4,449 nucleotides of DNA from a virus (Duplodnaviria > Heunggongvirae > Uroviricota > Caudoviricetes). Position numbers and translations under genes: made by a program. The stretch is taken from the IMG/VR virus record IMGVR_UViG_2703718797_000011; one strand, written 5' to 3'. The notes beneath the pieces were generated by a model. The model was not told where the DNA came from. It worked only from the letters and a program-made list of their open reading frames with translations, and made no database searches. Of the stretch, positions 1 to 4,449 are shown piece after piece (positions within the stretch are counted from its first letter, which is position 1; the number at the start of each line of letters is the position of its first letter).

Positions 1-564
1 GTTGACTGGTCATTTCCTGTACTGGTGGAAGATGTGGTGATGATGGGCCGCTATGGGCATATGGGTATGTTGCGTATCGCCAAAAAGAGGGATCGTCAAA
101 TTGTCACCGATGCGCTGGAACGTGTCGATATGGTGAATTTTCGCCATCGACAAATCGGCGAGCTTTCCGGTGGACAAAAGAAACGCGTCTTTCTGGCGAG
201 AGCGATTGCACAGCAGGGTGATGTGATCCTGCTGGATGAACCTTTTACTGGCGTTGATGTGAAAACCGAAGCCAAAATCATCAGCCTGTTGAGGGAGTTA
301 CGCGCGGAAGGCAAAACGATGCTTGTCTCAACGCACAATCTCGGATCCGTCACGACATTTTGCGATTATACGGTCATGGTCAAAGGCACCGTCCTGGCAA
401 GCGGGCCGACAGACACCACTTTTACAGCCGAGAACCTGGAGCTGGCTTTTAGCGGCGTACTGCGCCATGTCACACTTAACGGCTCGGAAGAAAGCATTAT
501 TACTGACGATGAACGCCCTTTTGTGGCTCATCGACCGTCAGCGGTGCAGAGGGAAGAAAGATGA
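1..564 (+). CDS. sitB: Metal (Mn2+/Fe2+) ABC transporter ATP-binding subunit, SitB/YfeB-type; 5'-truncated by the window edge (C-terminal ~187 codons present)
   Basis: The frame of track ORF 25..564 stays open back to base 1, so the GTG at 25 is not the real start and the gene begins upstream of the window. The translation carries the ABC signature LSGGQ, Walker B/D-loop [11 protein letters not shown] and H-loop STHN; Walker A is absent, as expected for a C-terminal fragment. The stop overlaps the next gene's ATG (ATGA at 561-564). The symbol is inferred from the two-permease operon architecture and phage-associated context; yfeB-type naming is equally possible. Confidence 0.85.
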   Translation, partial: VDWSFPVLVEDVVMMGRYGHMGMLRIAKKRDRQIVTDALERVDMVNFRHRQIGELSGGQKKRVFLARAIAQQGDVILLDEPFTGVDVKTEAKIISLLRELRAEGKTMLVSTHNLGSVTTFCDYTVMVKGTVLASGPTDTTFTAENLELAFSGVLRHVTLNGSEESIITDDERPFVAHRPSAVQREER

Positions 565-1418
565 ACGTGCTACTGGAACCCTTCAGCTATGAATATATGC
601 TCAATGCGATGTGGGTCTCGGCGATGGTCGGCGGTCTCTGCGCTTTCCTGTCATGCTATCTGATGCTAAAAGGCTGGTCGCTGATTGGCGATGCGTTGTC
701 GCACTCTATTGTCCCGGGTGTTGCGGGGGCATATATGCTGGGGCTTCCGTTTTCTCTGGGAGCCTTCTTTTCCGGCGGACTGGCTGCGGGCAGCATGCTG
801 TTTCTTAACCAACGCACCCGCTTAAAAGAAGATGCCATCATCGGTCTGATCTTCTCGTCCTTTTTTGGCCTGGGGCTGTTTATGGTGTCATTGAACCCGA
901 CATCTGTGAACATTCAGACCATCGTCCTGGGCAATATTCTGGCAATCGATCCGGCGGATATCCTGCAACTCACTATCATTGGCATTCTCTCGATCATCGT
1001 GCTTTTTTTCAAATGGAAAGATCTTATGGTGACCTTTTTCGACGAGAATCACGCCCGTGCTATTGGATTGCATCCGGGCAGATTAAAACTCCTCTTCTTC
1101 ACCCTGCTGTCGGTTTCGACCGTTGCGGCGCTGCAAACGGTTGGTGCCTTTCTGGTGATCTGTCTGGTGGTGACTCCCGGTGCAACAGCATGGTTGTTAA
1201 CCGATCGTTTTCCCCGCCTGCTCATGATTGCTGTAACTATTGGCAGTGTAACCAGTTTCCTCGGCGCGTGGGTCAGTTACTTTCTGGACGGCGCGACAGG
1301 TGGAATCATCGTGGTGGCGCAGACACTGCTGTTTCTTTTAGCATTTGTCTTTGCGCCCACCCATGGGCTTTTGGCAAATCGTCGGCGTGCGCATAAGGCG
1401 CTGGAGGATCGCTCATGA
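561..1418 (+). CDS. sitC: Metal ABC transporter permease, ABC-3 family (SitC/YfeC-type), 285 aa
   Basis: 285-aa strongly hydrophobic ORF with multiple predicted TM helices and the conserved ABC-3 permease motif [11 protein letters not shown]. The ATG overlaps the upstream ATPase stop (translational coupling), with a purine-rich SD-like stretch (GGGAAGAAAG) directly upstream. It is followed by a paralogous second permease, as in sitCD/yfeCD operons. Confidence 0.85.
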   Translation: MNVLLEPFSYEYMLNAMWVSAMVGGLCAFLSCYLMLKGWSLIGDALSHSIVPGVAGAYMLGLPFSLGAFFSGGLAAGSMLFLNQRTRLKEDAIIGLIFSSFFGLGLFMVSLNPTSVNIQTIVLGNILAIDPADILQLTIIGILSIIVLFFKWKDLMVTFFDENHARAIGLHPGRLKLLFFTLLSVSTVAALQTVGAFLVICLVVTPGATAWLLTDRFPRLLMIAVTIGSVTSFLGAWVSYFLDGATGGIIVVAQTLLFLLAFVFAPTHGLLANRRRAHKALEDRS

Positions 1419-2272
1419 TGGCATTATTACTGGAGCCACTGCAGTTCACCTTTATGAGTCACGCACTGCTGATTTCACTGGTAGTTTCCATACCCTGTGC
1501 GCTGCTGTCGGTCTTTCTGGTCCTGAAAGGTTGGGCACTGATGGGTGACGCGATGAGTCATGCGGTTTTTCCTGGCATCGTGCTTGCCTGGATTCTGGGG
1601 TTACCTTTGGCTACAGGGGCATTCGTCGCCGGAGTATTCTGCGCGGTGGCGACGGGATACCTGAAAGACAACAGCCGAATCAAGCAAGATACAGTGATGG
1701 GGATTGTTTTTTCTGGCATGTTTGCCGCAGGTCTGATTTTGTATATTGCAGTCAAACCAGACGTACATCTTGACCATATTCTTTTCGGCGACATGCTCGG
1801 GATAACCATCGGCGATATAATCCAGACGATGATTATTGCCGGGCTGGTTACACTTGTTATTAGCGTAAAATGGCGGGATTTTTTGCTGTTCAGCTTTGAT
1901 TATCAACAGGCGCAGGTAAGCGGTTTGCATACGAGATGGCTGCATTATGGGCTGCTGTGCATGGTCTCTCTGACCATTGTGGCGACGCTGAAAGCGGTAG
2001 GTATCATTCTCTCCATTTCTCTGCTCATTGCGCCTGGCGCCATTGCGGTACTCCTGACACAACGCTTTCATATTGCGCTCCTACTGGCGACTGGCATATC
2101 GGTAATAGTGTCAATGACTGGTGTCTGGTTGTCCTTTTTTATCGACAGCGCACCAGCTCCGACGATTGTCGTCTTATTCGCGGTTTTGTTCATCATGACG
2201 TTTGCCGTTACCAGCATCAACGCACGCAAAAAGGGAAACTCCCATACACAGGATCTGTTATCACCCAATTAG
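1415..2272 (+). CDS. sitD: Metal ABC transporter permease, ABC-3 family (SitD/YfeD-type), 285 aa
   Basis: 285-aa hydrophobic ORF, paralogous to the preceding permease, with the equivalent motif GDAMSHAVFPG. The ATG overlaps the sitC stop (ATGA) and a GGAGG SD sits about 8 nt upstream. It is the last gene of the + strand operon, with a TAG stop at 2270-2272. Confidence 0.85.
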   Translation: MMALLLEPLQFTFMSHALLISLVVSIPCALLSVFLVLKGWALMGDAMSHAVFPGIVLAWILGLPLATGAFVAGVFCAVATGYLKDNSRIKQDTVMGIVFSGMFAAGLILYIAVKPDVHLDHILFGDMLGITIGDIIQTMIIAGLVTLVISVKWRDFLLFSFDYQQAQVSGLHTRWLHYGLLCMVSLTIVATLKAVGIILSISLLIAPGAIAVLLTQRFHIALLLATGISVIVSMTGVWLSFFIDSAPAPTIVVLFAVLFIMTFAVTSINARKKGNSHTQDLLSPN

Positions 2273-2319
2273 CACAACATCCGAGGACAGCAACACCCGA
2301 TACTTTTTCCTGGCTTCCA

Positions 2320-2344
2320 GCAACGGGGTTTCTTCCTCCGTTGC
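2320..2344. other. Inverted repeat / stem-loop (7-bp stem GCAACGG...CCGTTGC, 11-nt loop) in the convergent intergenic region
   Basis: Read directly from the sequence between the sitD stop (2272) and the stop of the minus-strand 70-aa ORF (2364). There is no adjacent U-tract on either strand, so it is not a canonical intrinsic terminator; it may be a weak bidirectional terminator or an RNA-stabilising hairpin. Confidence 0.3.
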
Positions 2345-2363
2345 ATATACAGCTCACCTTTTT

Positions 2364-2576
2364 TCAACGCGGATCAAAACCGCCCCACCACGGCATATTC
2401 ATTCGCTTGCCATGCCCGAACATTTCAATCCAGCGATATTCTGCCTGGGTATGTTCACGCGCAATGAAGAACGTACAACCGGCTATCGCTCCGTAAGCCC
2501 AGTTTCCGGTAAAAAGACCAACCAGTATCTGCGCAGCCACAGCACAAAGTGCATGAAGTAAGGGGCTTATATCCAT
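2364..2576 (-). CDS. Hypothetical small membrane protein (70 aa): two predicted hydrophobic helices plus an aromatic/basic C-terminal tail; family not recognised
   Basis: The ATG is preceded by a canonical AGGAGG Shine-Dalgarno with a ~5-nt spacer. The N-terminal ~40 residues are hydrophobic (PLLHALCAVAAQILVGLF, WAYGAIAGCTFFI) and the C-terminus is Trp/Arg/Lys/His-rich (RWIEMFGHGKRMNMPWWGGFDPR). It starts 12 nt downstream of the 92-aa ORF stop on the same strand. GC is about 50 percent, unlike the AT-rich genes upstream of it. Confidence 0.6.
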   Translation of the reverse strand: MDISPLLHALCAVAAQILVGLFTGNWAYGAIAGCTFFIAREHTQAEYRWIEMFGHGKRMNMPWWGGFDPR

Positions 2577-2588
2577 TATTTCCTCCTT
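2577..2588 (-). promoter_or_regulatory. Shine-Dalgarno (AGGAGG) for the 70-aa ORF, located in the 12-nt spacer after the 92-aa ORF stop
   Basis: Plus strand shows CCTCCT at about 2582-2587, i.e. AGGAGG on the minus strand, about 5 nt upstream of the ATG at 2576-2574. It lies immediately after the TGA of the 92-aa ORF (2591-2589). Confidence 0.6.
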
Positions 2589-2867
2589 TCAGCTCCATTC
2601 CCGAAGCGGTGTTTCCAGCTCCACGACATAATCAGAGAATACAGAAACATCAAACAAGTCATCAAGAATGCGAATGTTGACAAAATAACCATCATTCCGG
2701 ATACAGACAGGTTCTCCCTCTTCTGTTACCCCTGTTTCTGTGTAGGTGAAACCAATTTCATCAACTAACAGTTTATTCTGGAGGTCTTCATCTTCCGCCC
2801 AGCCAAGAGATGACAGGAAGGCCTTAAACTGCAGTTTGTCATGAAACTTCAAAGTTAAATCTTTCAT
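2589..2867 (-). CDS. Hypothetical small, strongly acidic protein (92 aa); family not recognised
   Basis: ATG with an AAGAGG SD-like sequence about 5 nt upstream. The start overlaps the stop of the upstream 220-aa ORF (ATGA at 2864-2867). About 20 Asp/Glu against about 9 Lys/Arg/His, including a DEDEDL patch, with no hydrophobic segment. AT-rich (about 40 percent GC) yet open for 92 codons. Confidence 0.6.
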   Translation of the reverse strand: MKDLTLKFHDKLQFKAFLSSLGWAEDEDLQNKLLVDEIGFTYTETGVTEEGEPVCIRNDGYFVNIRILDDLFDVSVFSDYVVELETPLREWS

Positions 2868-3526
2868 ACGACCTCTTTTAATTGCCTGTCATTTAATTCT
2901 TTATGCCATATGCGGAAATTGCGAATATGGCCAAACAGATGTCGTTCTCCAGTATTCGTCTGCCCTCCAAATCGGATATTTTTATCAGCGGTCACGCCAT
3001 TATATTCACAATAAACTTCATTAACCGCTTTACCATTTGTCACCACATGAAAGTGACCATCAGCTTTTGCAATACATCCAAATGTGGTTTTCTCTGCAAA
3101 TACATCTGTCGCTGCGCTATTAACATACGAGCCTGAAGGGTTTGACAGACTCATATATAACTTACCACTACCTCTGTTGATTGCTGCAATTGCTGATTGC
3201 CCGGTATTGGCTGCTGCTATATCCCACACGCGGGGTGCGGCGTTTGGTGCAATATCCCAGTTTTTATGAATCTCAAGTAAAAAAGTAAATGGTAACTTAT
3301 AAAGATTATTTCTGGTGGGGATACTAACCAAATCACTGGCTCTTGTCGTTGCGCTGCCTCCTGAAATAATAAATGATGATACACACGGCCCATTCTCTAC
3401 TTGTGGGGTGGCAAGATAAATATAGTCACCAGATACTGTTGCCCCACCCTGCAATAATTTCAAGCGTTTGCGTATCAATGTACGCATCGCCAAGAAAAGT
3501 TGTTGCACTACCATCATACTTATCAA
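2864..3526 (-). CDS. Hypothetical protein (up to 220 aa) with a putative ConA-like/LamG-type jelly-roll C-terminal domain; start codon uncertain; alternatively a frameshifted distal extension of the tail fiber
   Basis: A 220-codon open frame in roughly 42 percent GC DNA is unlikely by chance. The C-terminal motif NIRFGGQTNTGERHLFGHIRNFRIWHKELNDRQLKEV resembles the terminal strands of LamG/Laminin_G_3-type lectin domains (compare F-x-G-x-I-D-E-V-R-I-Y-x-x-A-L-S-x-x-E-I). The track start at 3526 is a TTG; in-frame ATGs lie at codons 4, 5 and 14, all inside the tail fiber coding region and none with an SD. Downstream of the tail fiber stop there is no ATG until about codon 125. The stop overlaps the ATG of the 92-aa ORF. 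Confidence 0.5.
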   Translation of the reverse strand: MISMMVVQQLFLAMRTLIRKRLKLLQGGATVSGDYIYLATPQVENGPCVSSFIISGGSATTRASDLVSIPTRNNLYKLPFTFLLEIHKNWDIAPNAAPRVWDIAAANTGQSAIAAINRGSGKLYMSLSNPSGSYVNSAATDVFAEKTTFGCIAKADGHFHVVTNGKAVNEVYCEYNGVTADKNIRFGGQTNTGERHLFGHIRNFRIWHKELNDRQLKEVV

Positions 3527-4449
3527 ACCGTATACGTAACCTTACCTGTCGTTCTGTTTTAAAACGGCATGAGGTTGTCACGTACTTGTTATCGCCTGAG
3601 ACATCAACTGACTTTGTTGCAGCAATTGATGCCATATTAATAGCCGAAGTTTGCCCAACCAGAGAATCGTTGCAGACAAACTTTCCATAAGTAAAACCAA
3701 AACTATCCGTCCCGGTTTCGGGCACATCCATGTTTGATGACTTCCCCCAGCTGGCTGGACTTTCCGAATTGAGCATGTAGTTCGTTCTTTGTCCCTCAAT
3801 AAGCAGGCCATCACACTCAAATCGCGGCTCATTAATTTCCGCCGTTTTCAGTTCGCCAGATTTGTTGATATATGTTGCCGTTGATGCGCGACTGAAATTA
3901 ACCTGTTTATCACTGGCGACCTGAACCACATCGTCACCAATAGCTATTTTTTTATAGCCCGGAGAAAAACCCGCAATCATATCCAGTGAATCGTTAAACG
4001 GTATCCACACATCAGGCAGCGGCGGCACTATATTCGCACAGGGCTCTGCAGTCACTTCCGCTGCGGCTTCTGCGCGGTCTGCCGCCTTTTCAGCTCGTGT
4101 CGCTGCCGACAGAGCCTCATCCTTTTTCTGCCCGGCCTTTGTTGCGTCTGCTGCGGCCTCCCGCGCTTTTGTGGTGGCGACTCCGGCATTTTCAGCGGCT
4201 GACTCTGCATTACGGCGGGAAGCCTCTTCACTGTCTGCGGAGGCTTCTTCTGACGCACGGGCATTTGTCTCTGAACGTTCTGCCGCTGTTGCTGCGTTTT
4301 GTGCGGCTGTTTTTGAAGAAGCTGCCGCTTTCGCGCTGTTACCTGCATTCGTCTCTGATGTTTTCGCCGCGTTCCTGGACGATGCCGCTGCTGTTTCTGA
4401 TTTCTTTGCTGCCGCTGCGCTCTGAGAGGCGGCTTCAGCGTTGCGTGCC
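3426..4449 (-). CDS. Phage side tail fiber protein (lambda Stf-like), 5'-truncated by the window edge; C-terminal ~340 codons present
   Basis: The frame of track ORF 3426..4055 remains open upstream of its GTG to the window end. The upstream part translates to an Ala/Ser/Thr/Glu-rich repeat tract (e.g. AAKTSETNAGNSAKAAASSKTAAQNAATAAERSETNARASEEA) that resembles the repeat shaft of lambda Stf-type tail fibers. The distal ~209 aa (TAEPCANIVPPLPDVWIPFNDSL ... EIIAGWGNSIW) is non-repetitive and AT-rich. The track reports only 3426..4055 because the repeat tract lacks ATG/GTG/TTG codons. Confidence 0.8.
   Translation of the reverse strand, partial: ARNAEAASQSAAAAKKSETAAASSRNAAKTSETNAGNSAKAAASSKTAAQNAATAAERSETNARASEEASADSEEASRRNAESAAENAGVATTKAREAAADATKAGQKKDEALSAATRAEKAADRAEAAAEVTAEPCANIVPPLPDVWIPFNDSLDMIAGFSPGYKKIAIGDDVVQVASDKQVNFSRASTATYINKSGELKTAEINEPRFECDGLLIEGQRTNYMLNSESPASWGKSSNMDVPETGTDSFGFTYGKFVCNDSLVGQTSAINMASIAATKSVDVSGDNKYVTTSCRFKTERQVRLRIRFDKYDGSATTFLGDAYIDTQTLEIIAGWGNSIW
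4056..4449 (-). repeat. Ala-rich low-complexity tandem repeat tract, coding (tail fiber shaft repeats)
   Basis: GC-rich GCN-dominated codon periodicity. Degenerate repeating peptide units (KTSETNA, SETNARASEEA, AEKAADRAEAAAE). The other frames give spurious Gln/Arg/Lys-rich and Ala/Phe-rich ORFs (track ORFs 4052..4348 - and 4171..4425 +). Confidence 0.6.

Noticed and set aside
25-27. GTG at 25 as the start codon of the ATPase gene
   Set aside because: The reading frame is open upstream to base 1 and the fragment lacks Walker A, so the true start lies beyond the window and the gene is 5'-truncated.
2273-2363. Canonical Rho-independent terminators for the sit operon or the minus-strand cassette
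   Set aside because: The only clear hairpin (about 2320-2344) is not followed by a U-tract on either strand, and the T-run at about 2356-2361 is about 12 nt from the stem.
96-2561. Numerous alternative-frame and antisense ORFs overlapping sitB/sitC/sitD (e.g. 96..353 -, 323..592 +, 611..808 +, 656..913 -, 1013..1396 +, 1601..2071 -, 1936..2496 +, 2068..2268 -, 2202..2561 +)
   Set aside because: They lie entirely within or antisense to well-supported transporter genes with conserved motifs. Their translations are low-complexity or Arg/Cys-rich and they lack ribosome-binding sites, so they are expected by-products of GC-rich coding sequence.
2364-2576. 70-aa ORF as a phage holin or known type I toxin (Hok/Ldr/TisB-like)
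   Set aside because: There is no adjacent endolysin or spanin genes and no recognisable similarity to holin or type I toxin sequences; only the general topology is similar, so no family call is made.
2864-3526. 220-aa ORF as a canonical lambda-type tail fiber assembly protein (Tfa)
   Set aside because: The sequence does not resemble the Tfa proteins I can recall and the C-terminus looks LamG-like instead. A chaperone or adhesin role is still possible and is kept as a hypothesis, not a call.
2903-3832. Track ORFs 2903..3136 +, 3084..3269 +, 3373..3690 + and 3578..3832 - as independent genes
   Set aside because: They are antisense or alternative frames within the 220-aa ORF and the tail fiber distal domain. 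In AT-rich DNA the long minus-strand frames are far better supported (coupled starts, SD sequences, protein-like composition).
4052-4425. Gln/Arg/Lys-rich ORF 4052..4348 (-) and Ala/Phe-rich ORF 4171..4425 (+)
   Set aside because: They are alternative-frame readings of the Ala-codon-rich tail fiber repeat tract; the Stf-like frame is open to the window edge and gives the recognisable repeat protein.
4056-4449. Possible CRISPR array or other non-coding tandem repeat
   Set aside because: The repeats are degenerate, in frame and protein-coding (tail fiber shaft), with no regular repeat-spacer architecture.
1-4449. tRNA, rRNA, integrase, transposase/IS elements or att-site direct repeats
   Set aside because: No cloverleaf-compatible segments, recombinase-like ORFs or terminal inverted repeats were seen, so the prophage or island boundaries are probably outside this window.

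Overview
The window holds two convergent blocks. On the + strand (1-2272) is the distal part of a sitABCD/yfeABCD-type Mn2+/Fe2+ ABC importer operon: a 5'-truncated ATPase gene (sitB-like), then two paralogous ABC-3 family permease genes (sitC-like, sitD-like), each joined to the previous gene by an ATGA stop/start overlap. On the - strand (4449 down to 2364) is phage-derived DNA: a lambda Stf-like side tail fiber gene (5'-truncated at the window end, Ala-rich repeat shaft plus an AT-rich distal domain), followed by three tightly packed uncharacterised ORFs of 220, 92 and 70 aa. The 220-aa ORF overlaps the tail fiber 3' end by about 100 nt in the +1 frame, has no usable start of its own downstream of the fiber stop, and ends in a motif that resembles LamG/ConA-like lectin domains. 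The 92-aa ORF is strongly acidic and overlaps the 220-aa stop (ATGA). The 70-aa ORF is a small hydrophobic protein with a perfect AGGAGG ribosome-binding site. I do not recognise the family of any of the three; together they are the best candidate for an undescribed tail-fiber-associated accessory module. No canonical tail fiber assembly (Tfa) gene, tRNA, rRNA, CRISPR array, IS element or integrase was seen. CDS coordinates come from the supplied ORF track; positions of small motifs were read by eye and may be off by 1-2 nt. All family assignments are from motif recognition by eye, not from searches.
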